A stretch of 64,000 nucleotides of DNA, from NCBI GenBank assembly GCA_964016885.1, contig OZ024740.1, positions 135,718,001 to 135,782,000 of the forward strand, in the 5' to 3' direction. The notes beneath the pieces were generated by a model, which saw only the letters and a list, made by a program, of their open reading frames with translations, made no database searches and was not told the DNA's origin. The stretch is from Eledone cirrhosa. Taxonomy: Eukaryota. This document shows, in pieces, positions 35,469 through 49,806 of the stretch (within the stretch, counting starts at the first letter, position 1; each line of letters opens with the position of its first letter). The position numbers were made by a program, and so were the translations under genes.

Positions 35469-38400
35469 TTATTGGCCTGGCAGTGCTCCTCGGTAGCACT
35501 GCCAGGCCAGGGACCTCTGGAAGTTATCCATAGGTCCTGGGCGGAAAGTCCTACCAAACAGACTGGTGCATTCGTTGTCTTCGACGTCTAGGGTCTCTCC
35601 AAGCACGTTGTTGCCCTTGTGATGTACTAACCCTCTATAGAATGTAGAAGTGGAGTCTCCACTGATTGCCGTGCCCGCTCGACAGAGGACTGTGAGCGCC
35701 TGAGCGCATTCAATGTGCCAGGTGCCCATCTTCTTCAGTCTCCGCTTGACCCAGGACTGCAGCTCCATCAGCGAGACAAGTTGCGGGAGGGCCTGTCTGA
35801 CAAATGGTGCCCACACCGGTTGGTCGGTGAGGAATACCTGTAGATGTTGTAGCCTCAGCGCATCATCAGCCACGGCATTCCCAGCCCTCTGTTGGAAGGG
35901 TGCTGACAGCAGATGAATCTCCTCACCAGTGGAGCCTGCTTCTTCCAAAGGAACTGGAAGAGCATATGTTCCATCTTGGTGATGTGTTCACGGGGACAAG
36001 GCACGACGGTCAAGCGGTAGTAGATGACAGACGCTATGAAAGTGTTCGCCACCTCCGCTCAACCTTTCAAGGATAGTTTGCACTCTGCCCACTTCTGGGT
36101 GAGCGCAAATACCTTGGCCGTGACCTCGTTCCATTTTTTCTCCACCTGGAGGTCCGGACCGAACAAGACCCTGAGCAATTTCACCGGTCCGTCTGTCCAG
36201 CATCCGATGACGCTGTCGGATGGCATCAGTTTGCCTCTCCACGTTCCGAGTTGCAAATCGACAGACTTGTCCCGGTTGAATTTTGCTCCTGTGAGCCTTT
36301 CGTATTCCTGCAGTAAGTTGCCGATCGACCCGATTTCCGAGGTTTCCGACACCATTACTGTCACGCCGTCGGCATAAGCAGATGCTGCTTTCCGCAGTCC
36401 CGATTCTAACGGGATGCCCTGCAGCAGCTCCAACTACCGCAGTAGTGGCTCTAGAGTCAGTACGTACAGAATGGAGGAGAGGTGAACGGCTCCGATAGGT
36501 AGCCGTTCACCTTGACCATCGAGCAGATGTTGGTGTGCATTGCAGCGATCCAGCCTCCAAAGACGGGTCCGAAATTGGCCACCTTGAGAACCGCTTCCAA
36601 GTATCGATGGTCGACCCTATCGAACGCCTTAGACTGATCTAAATTGATCAGAGCCCCACCAAAGCCAGGTTTACACCCCACCCTCTCTATGACGTATCGC
36701 ATGAGGTGGCGGTTGTCGTGTATGGACCTGGTCGGGATTGCACACGTTTGCGCTTTCCCTACCAGGTTCTCGACGACAAGCGCCAACCTCGTTGCCAACA
36801 CCTTGGCCAAAATCTTTAACTCTGTGTTGAGCAGAGTTATGGGCCTAAAGTTGCTTAGTTCATCCCCCTTGTTCTCGTCTTTCCTGATCAGCGTTACTAC
36901 GCCCCTGCCTTGTAACTGGGAATTGTCCCGTTCTGCTGCTAGTTGCAGTAGACAGCTTTGAGGTCGCCAGAGAACAAGTCTGGCATGCCTATGTAAAACT
37001 CATAGGGTAGATCATCTAGACCGGGTGATTTGCGTTTCCCGCAGTGGCCCAGAGCGTCCCGTATCTCAGTGGCTGTGATCGGTCTTTCGCAGAACTCGGC
37101 ATCTATGCTCGAGAGACGTGGCAGGCCGTCGAGGTATGAACTGTAGTCCATTGCCCCGTTTGGCACACCGCCACTCTGCTTGAACAGTTGTGCAAAGTGC
37201 CGCTGAAAGGCTGTGCACATCCACTTGGGGTCAAGTAGCACGCGTCCGTTTTGGTCTTTCAAAGACCTAATCGTGGACTTGTTGCCACTTTTCGCCTCTG
37301 TCACTCGAGCCAAGCTATCAGCTTTCGCTCCCTCATTTCCTAGAGCACGTGATTTATTTCTGACCACGCAGCCTTCGTGTTTCATGTCGAAGAACTGGTC
37401 TAGTGCCGTTCTCGTTGCTAGCACTCTAGCTGTGTTGCCTCCTCTACCTTGGCTACTAGTTCCGTTTCTGTTTTGTTTTTCTCTAAGGCTAATTCTCTGC
37501 TAAAGTCTATCGACATTACTCTGAGAGAGTACCACCATCTATTGTTGATGATGGCTCCCGTCAACTGTTGTTTAACTAATCTACTTATCCGTTCACTGTA
37601 GGCTTTACGTGTCAGTAGCGACACATTCAGCTTCCAGTATCCGGTCCTTGTCTATGTATTCTATCATGGTTGACTATGCAGATGACTAGTTTGTGGTCTG
37701 AATAGGCAGCTATATGCATTTGTGGACAGCTTAACATCTTGTCTCTCTTTCTCTAATAAAGAACCTGTCTAATTACGATCTAGATGTGCCACTGCGGTTT
37801 GTCCACGTCCACTGTGGTGCAGACGGAAAGTCCAGTTGATACCTATCGGCCAGTTGGAATTGGTCGATTAAATTTTTGTGGCTGTTGCACTCCACTCTAC
37901 TGGGACATGATCCTACATAATCCCATCATGCATCTAGATACCATTCCAGTCCCCTACTAAAAGCAAGGAGCGACGTTCACAGAAAAGACTCTAGACGCTT
38001 AAAGAAGTCTGGCCGCGATTGCCCAGTCGGGGCATAAACGGCCACTAGTCTAAAGGCTCCACCTCCAACACTGTTCACGTCTAGGACTACCAGTCTACCC
38101 TCCGGGTCCAAGTGTACTTGCTGTATTTCGAGATCCAGGTTTTTCTGACACATGACAGCTACTCCCCCTCCACCTCCTGGCTGACAGAGAGATGCGTAGA
38201 TCTCAAAGTCATTGAAGATGGGGGTTAGCTGCTGCCTGTTGTGGATCCTGGACTCAGTGATGGCTATCACATCCATATCGCGTGACCTAAGGTCGTTTAA
38301 ATGTTGGCCCTGTTTCCAGGGCATCCCTAGGCCACGCACATACACACTTCCAACTCGTAAATTAGCCATGTTGGTGGAGAAGAGTTGGCGAAAAGGATGA

Positions 38401-39035
38401 AAAGATGCACTTACATTTTTGTTTCCTGGAGATCTGGTTGTTCGATATCCATTTGGGTGCTGGTGGGGGTGGGGTAGGGAAATATTTTAACAGGACGTGG
38501 TTAATTGGTTTTTGACAGGGGTTGCCCACGTCCTGCGAAAATTCATTTTTTAGTTCACTGTAGGTTTCCATGGAAACCCATATCAGTTTGAGGTGTGGAG
38601 ACGATTCCACTTTAACGAAAGTTAAAGTTTTTGGAGATGACCTCCATCAATTTCTTGGTGTTGACGTATGCATATTGTTGTTTGTGTTGGTTGTTTTGGT
38701 TTGTTGTTCCTTTTTGTCGTAGGCATGTGTGTTTAGAGTGGTGTTGGTGTTGGGTGTTTTTGTGGTTTTGTTTTTTTGATTTCCGAGGCTCTCCATCTTC
38801 ACTTGGGGATGGAGAAGTAGCCTCGTCTGACGATCAATTGTCATCAGGGGCATGTGGGAGTGGTATGTTGTGTGGTTGTGGTAGTGTTGGATGGGGTGGG
38901 ACTGTGTTTTTCAGGGGAATTGTTTGTGTTTGAGTAGTTGTTTATTTTTGTGCGTTTGCTTATTTTGTGTGTTGTTGGTAAAAGTACGGGGGGGGGGGGG
39001 GGAGGGGGTTGGTGTTTGTTCAGCTTAGTTGTCAT
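35469..39035 (-). mobile_element. Tx1/L1-type LINE, decayed (ORF1 remnant + ORF2 APE-RT), 3'-truncated
   Basis: ORF2 start 38369 MANLRVGSVYVRGL..DVIAITESR; LVAVYAP; KSPGLDDLPYEFY; QTCAIPTRSIHDN; LDQSKAFDRVDH; AYADGVTV; many stops and frameshifts; the RT QG motif is deleted near 36480. Confidence 0.88.
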
Positions 39036-39498
39036 TGTTTAACTCCAGATCAATTTTTACTGAATAAACTTATGACTTAAGACATTGAGGGAGATATGAC
39101 TGCTATATTTAGCAGGTTGAGCAGCCACAGTTTAACTAGTTTTAAAAATAAATCAATATTATAAGCCAAAACGAAAAAGAAGAAATAACAAATTTAATAA
39201 GATATCATTAATATTTATTTTATTTTTATTTTCTTTAGAAAACATCTTATTGTTCTGAAGAAGTGAGGTTGAATACGTGAACACAGTTCACATTAGAGGG
39301 GTCATAACAAACTTCAATTTAAACATTTAAAAAATAACCAATTTTAAATCAGTGTAGTCGACAAAAACAACAAAAAAAATTGCTTGCCAAAACCCCCTCA
39401 AAATCAAACAAACAAAACAACTGTTTCATTTTACAATTAATAGTAAGAAATGATAAAAGAAGAATACAAGTGGAACCAAATTTTGATGCTTTACTTAA

Positions 39499-39734
39499 CC
39501 CTTTTGTAACCATATTTCTAACATATATATTGTCCATATATTTCAATTAATTTTTTAAATAATCAAAATTTATTAGGGGTTTAGTAAAATAACTAATCTC
39601 TCCATTATGAAGCTGCTGTTGGTAACATAACATAACAAAAGGTTCTTAACATAAAATGTTGAGGGCATGTTTAAAATGAATAATTTTATATCATAGAATC
39701 AGAGGAAATCTGATAAAGGTTTGTATCAAAAGGC
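39499..39734. mobile_element. piggyBac-like MITE family 2 (many decayed copies, e.g. 16398-16776, 30925-31140, 61349-61598, 63521-63739)
   Basis: TTAA|CCCTTTTGT-AC ... GTA-CAAAAGG(G/C)|TTAA termini with a shared AT-rich interior. Confidence 0.6.
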
Positions 39735-40358
39735 TTAATTCAGTGCCTCATTTTTTGGTTTCAGAGTTCAAATCTTGTCTGTGTCAAAGAATATATTTGA
39801 TAAACTAGTTGTATTTTGATTTTCGTGAAGCAGATGATATTTTACAACAGCATGTCCATAATTTAATTTAATTTATTTTGAGTTGATTGACAAAAATCCA
39901 TCCAACTACAATACCTTTTTGTTACTAAGATTTAGAAAAACAATTCATATACATTGATAAAATTTAATATCAATAACTTCAGTTTTAATATATCCTATCT
40001 AAAACTCTAAATGTCCAACAGTATAGCTAAAATCTAAAACTTTCTGTCCAACCCATGCTAGCAGGGAAAATTGGACATTAAATGATGATATATATAATCA
40101 TTTTATGCCTGTTTTTTCAAGCTGGAATGTGATGGACAGGTATATATATATATATATATATCACACACACGTATATATATATATATATGTATATGGGTAT
40201 GTGTGTGTGTGTGTGTGTGTGTGTTTCAGATAATCCCACTTAGGATGAAAGCAGAAATTCATTGCCTAAACTTTTAATCTACTAATAATAAATATTTAGT
40301 CTATGGGTTCATATATACAACCCTTATCGAGTCCTTTGGAGTATATATATATATATTC

Positions 40359-40489
40359 ATTTATTATGGCTAAGTGGTGAATCTCCAGAGTAACAAGATT
40401 CACCACTTAGCCATAATAAATTAATATTTAAATTCTACTTCAGTATTGAGTATACATTCTCATGTCTGTCGATAAAACACATATGTATT

Positions 40490-40492
<3 letters not shown>
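40359..40492. mobile_element. short fold-back insertion in (TA)n (Penelope-like 3' end)
   Basis: 26-bp perfect arms 40359-40384 / 40396-40421; the centre CTCCAGAGTAACAAG matches the 3' half of the hammerhead at 23376-23423; ~70-bp tail; (TA)n on both sides. Confidence 0.65.
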
Positions 40493-40521
<29 letters not shown>

Positions 40522-40547
40522 CGCACACACACACGTGTGTGTGTGTG

Positions 40548-40578
<31 letters not shown>

Positions 40579-42050
40579 GCACGCGCGCGCGTGTGCGTGT
40601 GTGTGTGTGCTTATATGTATATAATTATATCAATATATTGGCTAGTATAAAGAAAGAAAAGCATACTTAATAAATTAAGAGAGTGAATATACATTCCCAG
40701 CAGAAAGATTCAATATCACTTATTAAACTCTTGAGTAAATTTTGCTGTAAACATGTCAGGATAGTAAGTTAAGGTAAATCTCACAGTCATCTATATTTTA
40801 CATCTACTTTCCATGCATGGGTCATCACAGTCTGAGACTTGACTGGTTTGGGAACCAAGTCTTGCTCTTACATTTCATATTTGGCATGATTTCTATGGCC
40901 AGATCATAGTGAGATTATTTTTACACACACATATACATTATATATATTTGTATGTATGAATGTTTATATATATACACATCTATGTTTGTGTGGACATTTA
41001 TAAAGGTGTGTAAATAGATGACTTAAAAGATCTATTTTGCTCATATTATGGGAAGAGAAAAGGTCTGAAGGTTGGAGGATTAGTAACATTTAATGTTCAT
41101 ATGAATCTATAACAAAGCTCTGTTCTTAGTCTTTTCTTTTTTTTAGTCACCTTTGAAGCTACTTAAAAGGCAATTAAAGCTGAACATAAAGTATTTTTCA
41201 TTTCTTAATCAATCTAGACAGAGAAGATTACTGAAAACATTGGAGAATTATACTAAAAAACAAGGTAGTTAGTAATAGGAGCATCTATAACTTAATATTG
41301 TTGAAGAAAGGACTAAAATAATTTTGAAAGAAGTAAGATAGATGAAAATAGTATGTAAGGAGTACAATTAATGTATTTTCTTTTTTTATAATAGAGTTGT
41401 AAAGAAGGAAAGAAAAGTGTAAAAATAATATGAAACATACTACATCAATGCTGCCTGGTAGTAGAGGTTTTTATACAATTACTGTAGTGAACAGTTGACT
41501 GCATTTCCAATATAAAATGCACTGGGTTTTTGAGCTTATTTTTATTATTTTACATAATTTTACATGGGAATGATGGTGTTTTTTGGGAGCAATTGATCAT
41601 ACAGCTATAGAACTGAACCAAGAAGTAGCAACATAATCTATCTTTTGTCAATCAGGTAAACTGTAGCAAGCTGAGTTATTTGAGTAGGAATATACAATAC
41701 TGAAGTAAGAGTTGAACTTATATTTGTAACAGTTCATATTTGTAGATATAATCTTTGGTAGAAGAGATAAAATGGAGATAAAGAATACATTTTTTTTTCT
41801 TTTCAAATGATTTTGTCATATTGCATTGTAAAAGAAGTGATGAGTTGATAACCCTTATGGGAATGTAATTGAAGTAGGAGATATTTTTCAATTTTTGCTT
41901 TAAATATGACAAATATTTAACACATATGGAAGGTCTGTTAGAGGTGGTGACCAATTGTAAGATAATAAAAAATAAAACAGCCTCCAAGAAATGACAAACG
42001 TTTGGTATATCAATAGAGTTTATATGCAGTTGAAATATCTTTTAGTAGTA

Positions 42051-42365
42051 CAGCCACTCCTCACTTAACAACCCCCTCATTTAAGGACCCCTTAAAAATA
42101 AAAACTGCTATCATATGACTGACAATGTTCACATTTACACCCGACATTTTAAAAATTAAATTTAAAAATGTTTATAAAATAAAACAAACTTACAGTTATT
42201 CTTTATTCACATAAATTGATTCAATAAAAAAAGAAAAAATGATACTGTGTAACTTTTCATACTCATGTGGATTCTATCATTTGTCAGGTAACATTAAAAC
42301 AATTTCTAAAAATTTTATGATCCAGTTGTTGGAACAGAACCTGATCATTAAGTGGGGTGTGGCTG
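42051..42365. mobile_element. Tc1/pogo (Tigger-like) MITE
   Basis: TA|CAGCCACTCCTCACTTAA ... TTAAGTGGGGTGTGGCTG|TA. Confidence 0.75.
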
Positions 42366-45071
42366 TATTATGGTTAAATTCTATTTTATTTAAAACCGAT
42401 TTCACAAATGTGCAATTCATTTGCACGACAAATTGAATTTTGAAAGTGACAGTCCTTAGTAGATTCTTTCAACAATTCTCATAGATTATAATCAGAACTG
42501 TCAAAATAAATAGAATAACCAATAAGAAAAGAATTGTAAAACAAACATTTGAAAACCAGAGTTTACCAAAAAATAATTAATAGACAATCAAATCATGGTA
42601 GAGACATTTTGAACATTTAAAACACACTGGAATACAACTTCATCAGTTTCAGCAATGAGTGTTCTAGTTGATTGATCAATGGAACAGTCTGCTTATGAAA
42701 TTAATGAGAAAGTGGCTGAGTATTCCACAGAATCATGTACCCATAACATAATTCTAATGGAAATTGTGTGTGACAAGGCTGGTCCTTTGAATTACAAGTA
42801 CAGTTAATTCGATGGACTTCTAAACAGTTTCTGTCCACCCAAATTCACTCAGAAGATTTGGTAGAGCTATGGTAAATTACACTTTTCTAGGATGTTACAC
42901 AGTGGGTTTGAACCCAATCATTTGGCCATGCAACGTCCACTTAAAACAATATCATAATTGTTCTTGGGAAACTTGTCACATTAAAAATACAAGAGCAGAA
43001 ATTTGAGAAGATCAAGAAAAACCCCAAAACAATTAAGGTAGACAGTTTAAACTGTTGTTTTTCTTCCTCTACTTTTGTTATTATGATCTGTATTGTACAG
43101 GATTTTCCTAAAACAATTCTTCATATAAACTATACTACAATGTTGTTATATTCATCATCATTTCATTTTACGTCCACTTTTCCCTGCTTGCAAGGGTGGG
43201 TATATAGTATATATCAATTTTGTTACACTTTCTCAATAATACAGGCTATTTAGTACCAAAGTCTCACCATACATTTACAGCCTGGTTACCAACACTCCAT
43301 TCCACTACCTCATTGGTACACTGTTACTGTTAGAAGATAAATCCATTGAATACTGATAACAACTAGCTGAAAGAATGAGGGAACAACTGAAGAAGAAATG
43401 GCTAAATGCTTGGTAATCTTTCATTTTTGAAGAAGGGGGTGAATATTTTTCGAATGATATGGTAGAAGAAATATCTGAACTCTGTGACTTTTTTTTTTAT
43501 TGCATGTATTTATGAACAATACAATCATTGGATATTTCTTCTCAAATAAGGTCCATCAGTCCATTTTAAATTGCATTCAATGATGCTTTAAATAGTTCCA
43601 AATTCAAGCAGGTTTGTTGTCTAGAGCACGAGTGATCCTGGCTACTGCTTTATCACTCATAAAAAATTGCCATGCTAGCTAAAATTTCCAGTTGAATATC
43701 ACAAAGAAAATGGAAGAAATTGTAATAGAATTCACAAAGATATAAAAATTAATGAGAATAAAACATTCCAGCAAATATTCATTTTTTAATTAAAATTGAT
43801 TTCTTTTAGTTCCAATCATTGATATTTATCCTTTGTCAATTTTCTCTCACCTATATCCAAAATATCTTCTTAAAAAAAGACAAAACAAAAAACAACTGAC
43901 TATTTTAAAAAGTCCATGTATTTTCACTTACAAACATTTTTTTACTCACTGTTGCAATACTTTGACAAATATAGATACAAAACTGAAATAGCTGACATTT
44001 AAGGTCTCAAAACAGTTCTGCAATGAAATGGCAAATGTTGGGTATTTTGGTGAATTAAAATCATATCATAACTCATTAAAATAAAAAATAAAAATAAAAA
44101 AAGACAAAACATGTTTTAGTTAAATGTCTCTTGTTCAAAAGTTTCTAGAGGAATGTGTGCATTGGCATAAAAGCATGTTGAAGGTTTGAACTTGAGAACA
44201 AGGGAACCAAATCTTACAATACATATTAATTCAACTTTATTTCTTCTCCTTTTTACCATTTTATGAAATGATAAATTTTTTATCTCAACTTGAAATCTCA
44301 TAATTAGTAAGACACTCCAGGACTCAAAGGTTTAAACACATACATATTCGTGTTGTTGTTTCGTCTTATGTTAACTTAGATTGCAGAGATCAATAATCAA
44401 AGACATTCCAGCTGTGGCCATCCTGTATTTTAGGAATATATCTAGGACTACATTGTGAAGTTGCATGGCTTAGTGGTTAGAGTGTTGGATTTGTAATCAT
44501 GAAGCCATAAGTTGGATTCCTGAAGCAGGTTGTACATTGTATCTTTGAGCAAGATGTTTCACTTCACATTGCTCCAGTCCATTCAGTTGAAAAATATGAG
44601 AACCAGTAGCAGTTAAATGTGAACTCCAGGTTTTGTTTTCTTAGTTGCTTAACACAAGTGAAACTGAAATAAGCTAGGGCCTGATGAACCACTAGTCTTG
44701 GCACTTAACTAAGACTGCATTATAAAAAGTGCCCCTTTCCTATTTAAACTTATAGAGTATGATATGAGGGAAATGTGGCAGCTATTTCTAGCAAGTTAAG
44801 CAACCACATAGAGGCTCCCTCTTATATTTTCATATTTTCCTTCCTGGCTATTCAACACAATCTGTGATGAAAAAAAACATTCAATCTAGGAAGGCAACTT
44901 ATCTAGTGCTGGTGCAATGATAAAAACACCAAGTCTACTCAACCTGTCACAAAGGTTGACTCTAGGAAGGGCATCCAACCAGAAAACTCAAACTCTTGAA
45001 CAGTGCGAGTATGCAGGTTTAAGTTGCATAGAAAGAATGCTCTATTTCAGATCTGTCTGATCCATGCCAGC

Positions 45072-45107
<36 letters not shown>

Positions 45108-45484
45108 ATGAGTACAAATACATACATTAATAAACTATACAAATAGGTATCCTATAGTTGAATCAAATATCAGCATCTTTCAACTAATTATTAAGTTGAA
45201 AATTAATCTACTGATGATATATACTGGTTTTGTACTTCAATGGTTAACTGTACAATGTTTTCTGAAGATGATGTACAAAACTGAAGCATAATGAATACAC
45301 ATAGTACATCAAATCTATTGAATATATATTCCCACTAGTATATTAATGATAAACCATATCATGTTATGTCCAGAGATTCTTTATACCAAGTTTCTCTGCC
45401 TTACCTCCCTGTACACCTTATGAACTACAGTCAGTTTTGATGAGTGTTTCTATTGTTCAGTTAATATAATGGCCTACTTGTTAA

Positions 45485-45701
45485 CCCTTTAGCATTTAAA
45501 CTGGATGTATCAGGCCGGAATTGTCTCATCTCTTTCTGTTCAAACCAGCTGTAACCGGCCACTCATACTTATGTTAAGGTATTGTTCTCAAAATAAATAA
45601 TATCAAAATCTCAAAGATTTGATATTATGTGAGATATGTGAGGTAAAACCTTTACCATGAAAATATATTAGTAAATATAGAGTAATGTAAATGCTAAAGA
45701 G
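45485..45701. mobile_element. piggyBac-like MITE family 1 (others 49604-50010 and ~130-246)
   Basis: TTAA|CCCTTTAGCATT ... AATGCTAAAGAG|TTAA; internal sequence shared between copies. Confidence 0.75.
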
Positions 45702-46388
45702 TTAAATCAACATACAAAATGTTGAATATTTTGCAGACACATGTATCCTCAATGTAATTCAATATGACACAGTATGTGACAAGGATTCCTCTTTGAATTA
45801 CAAGTATAGTTCATCTGACAGGCTTCCAGTTTCCACCTATTCCTATCATAAAAGACACTTGTTTGAGATTCCACACAATAGGATAAAATCTGGAGCCTCT
45901 TGGTTGTGAAGTAAACTTAACTATTTACCTATGTTGTGTTTATCTCCTTATACAATGATACAAGGAATAAATTATTCACATATGTATTCCTATCAAACTT
46001 TGATCTGTTGTATATTCCCATAGAGGCTTACTTTTTCTACTTCCTTCTCCTGTCCAAATTAAGAAGAAACAAAAAACAAGTTACATGTTTCTTTCAAGAA
46101 TGAATGTATGAATTCTTGATGGTATGATTGTTATGAATCACAAGAACATAGATGCCAAGATAAATATAGTAGGCTTAAGACAAGTAAGAGTAAATTCCAT
46201 TTTGTATGAACATATTCTGTGTGTGTGTATATATATATTATATATATATATATATATAGTAGGTATTATAAAATGTAGATGGTAGGTATGTATATGTGTA
46301 GGTATGTATGTGTATGTATGCAGGCATTGTTCATAGATAATAATTACTTTGCAACATATGTAGAGTTTTCGTTTGTTTTTCAATGCAA

Positions 46389-46394
46389 TTTATT
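46389..46394 (-). terminator. candidate polyadenylation signal for TNFAIP8
   Basis: AATAAA on the minus strand ~725 nt after the stop; the 3' UTR could be longer. Confidence 0.3.
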
Positions 46395-47118
46395 GCAAAA
46401 ATACAGGTAATCTGAAAACATGATGCATACATGGCTTCATACATGCTTAAAATTAAAGTTAGTAAAAAAAAATGAAAGAAGACTGTAAATGAAAAAAAGG
46501 GACATTTCGTGTATAAGTAGTTATAATATATCTACATCAGTAAGACGTTATACATATTTCATATATACATACAAAAATAGTAAAAGTGTTGGGTTCAATT
46601 ATTTTAAAAAGAAATATGGGTATCCAATTGAAGAGGAGATTGGCAGAACATCAGAGAAAATGCCTTGCAGTATTTAGTTATAGACATTTACATTCTGAGT
46701 TCAAATCTCACTGAGTTCAATTTTGCCTTTCATTCACGAGGGTCTTAGAATTAAGTACTAATCAAGTACTGTAGTTGATTTAATTAACTGATAATGGTGT
46801 TTCTCAGGCTTCTTAAAGCAATGAGACTATGGCTAAGAACCCTGAACAAATCTTAGTGCTGCTTGCGTTTCAAGGTGGATGAGGGTGTAACCAACAACCA
46901 CAGTATTCCAACAGCAAGGAGCAATGACCCTGTATACTATTAGATTTGAAAGACATAATGGAACAATACCACACAAATCTTATAATAATCATGCTTGACA
47001 TAGTCAACAGAAGAAATGTTGAATTTAAAAAATAATCTGAACAAAAGGAAAAAAAAAAAAATAAAAGGGCTGATGTAAAAATAAACAATATATAAAAAAA
47101 AAGATTGTGGTTTAATAG

Positions 47119-47693
47119 CTATAAATTTCCCTCATCAATCATTTTGTGCATATCTGCTATTATGGAATTTAATTGGTCTTTGTATTTGCTAGAACTGCTG
47201 AATAGTTCATCCAAAAGATCTGAGTCTGAAAAATATTTGAATACTGTGTCAATTCGAGTCTTAGATTTGTCTGTCAGGTGTCTGCTTACAATCTCCTGGA
47301 TAAGGCTACGACATTCCTCTAAGGTTTTTTGCAAGAATAATTTGTCATAGGTGAAATCCACTTCACAAAAGCTGATGATAGTCATTGCAAGGGTATTAAA
47401 CTTTTGCTTGAAGGCTTCAATTTTATTCAATTCTGCTTGGTTAAATTGATCATTTCGGAATAGAATACCAATCTTTACTATTGTCTTGATAATGTATTTC
47501 AGGATTTTTTCTACTTCTTTCTTATTTGAAGAATAGTCCTTCAGGATTCGGCACATGTTGTCAAGCACTTGAGCCAATGTATCATCAACAAATATTTTAG
47601 CAATTTTCTTCTTTGACATCTTCCCGAGTAGCTTTTTCTGGACTCGAAGGCCAAGCCCCCGGGAATCAAAACCTGCTCCTGCATCAGTCGCCA
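47119..47693 (-). CDS. TNFAIP8: TNFAIP8/TIPE-family protein, main coding exon (first exon upstream, not located)
   Basis: (V/M)ATD...QKKLLGKM...DDT...VLD...IKTIVKIGILFRNDQFN...AMTIISFCEVDFTYD...RHLTDKS..RIDTVFKYFSD...KMIDEGNL* aligns end to end with TIPE proteins; acceptor ttttcag|TG at 47693 (phase 1); TAG at 47121-47119. Confidence 0.93.
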
Positions 47694-49630
47694 CTGAAAA
47701 TATCATGAAGAAAAAAGATAAATAGGAAACAAGAATTAAATTTTTCGGAAAATTTCTTTTTTCTTATTTTAATTGTATTCTTATAAAATTATCTGTTACA
47801 TAACATGAACATGGCAATTACTGCATTAAAGTAGTAGATTTTTTATTAACTCTTAATGTCCTATACCACATGAAACCTCATTAGGAAGACATTCTTGAAA
47901 TGTATAAAATAACATTATGGCTGCATCACATTAAAAATTGAAGTCCTTACTTAAATACAATAAATTGTCACAATGATTTTTTCACCAGTAAAGATGTTAC
48001 AAACATTTGAATTAACAAACCAATTTTAAAGATATTTTCTGCAAAATCATTACAGCATGTTAAGAGTTAAGCAATTTATAGATAGAGACAAACATTGATT
48101 TAGAAATAATGGCTGAGTAGTTAAAAAGTTTGCTTTGCAATGCCAGGTGAGTGAATTTGGTAGATGTGTGAAGCCTGTTGTGTGTTTGCATGTGTATGTA
48201 TGCCTGTTGCTGCAAATGTCATATCAACACTGCTTATAAGAAAAAATAGCCTATGGTGACAATTGCTTATGTCCTCTATTAACAGTACATGCTGCAATAA
48301 GGCAGTTTGATAACTACCAGCAGAACGCATCATACTCAGAATAAAGTATGGTATGGTGTCTGGAAGGGCATCTGGCACAACCCCCCCCCCCCCCTCCAGC
48401 TAGAAAAGGATTGCATAAAAACCATCAAGCATAAAAAAAAAAATGAACATAAAAATGATAATGATGCCTAACAGTAGATGAGTTTCTTCTTCAGGGACAA
48501 AACAGTCCTTATATTCCTTCACTGTGCTATTTAGTGCATGCACACATGCCTCCTCCCACCATATACATTCTAGACCAAACATAAGGAAAACGTTTTAGTA
48601 CGAGGAGTGAATTGCATGTCTATAAGATCATGTGGGGCTGTATCTGTATGGAGAAAATTCACGAATCTTTGAATTAGAATCAGTTTTACACCTGATTTGG
48701 AATGCTTTCCTGTGTTATACAAAGCTGGTTTTATGCACATTAAGCACACATCACTTGGTCTGGGAATAGATCCCATGACCTTAGTGTCATAAGCCCAATA
48801 CACCAACCATTAAACCATGTGTTGTCATGCTATGAATCTTTAATTTTGTAGTCATAGGTGTATGCACTGCTTTAGTCTTAAACTGTTGTTTTCATATGGG
48901 TTGCTAAAGATTTCATCAGCAGATGGTTTTAAATTTGAATGTGAACAAAATTATGCCCATGTCTGAGAGATCTTGCTCCTTTCAATTAAGTTGTATATCT
49001 GACACAAATCAAACGTTGCATGATCTGCTAGAAACCACAGCCAAATATTTCACAAATTACACCTTAATGTTTTAGAAAAGGAGATATTGGATAATATGCT
49101 TCTGGGTGCATTGTGCCTGGAAAAGGGGGTGGAATGGTCACATTTGAAATGCCTTCAGGGCTGATAGGCAACACAACAGCTACTACTTTACTCAGTTACC
49201 TCTAAATGTGCATAGAAAAAGAAAAACAAAGAAGAAAAGTTATAGGCATTGCTTCCATCTCCCTGGACTAAGAAATTAGGAACATAAATTATAACTGAAT
49301 AAATAATTTATCCTGATGTTATTTTTACTAATGAGGCATGAGATCATCACTAGCAAATTATGGAATTATGCATTAGTACATATGCACGCATGTACACACA
49401 CGCATATATATATATATAGACACACATAAATAGACACATACATGCTACAAATAGCCAAGCCATAATATCTACATTACTGACAAGTGTCATTAATTATTAA
49501 TGAATGAATCACTCACAATTGTGGCCAACATAAAGTGTGATGTTAAAGTTAGCTTTAAATTTGATATCTATCTGTGTGTCTTTTCTGACAAAACCTTATT
49601 TAACCCTTTAGCATTCACATTATTTTATAT

Positions 49631-49806
49631 GGCAGTATCGGTAGAGGGTTGGACGCCATGCTTTCTAGCATAGTTACGTCCCTTTACAGTCTGAGTTCAA
49701 ATCCCGCCAAGGTTAACTTTGCCTTTCATCCTTACGGGGTCGATAAAATAAAGTACTGAATAATTGTACTGAATAATTGCTGGCCTTGTGCCTAAAGTAG
49801 AAACAA
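49631..49806 (+). mobile_element. SINE family A nested in a piggyBac-like MITE
   Basis: Same head and core; TSD ATTATTTTATAT. Confidence 0.85.

Noticed and set aside
47694-47706. ATG at 47706 as the TNFAIP8 start
   Set aside because: Lies within a polypyrimidine tract and AG acceptor; a spliced first exon is more plausible, though the ATG is not excluded.
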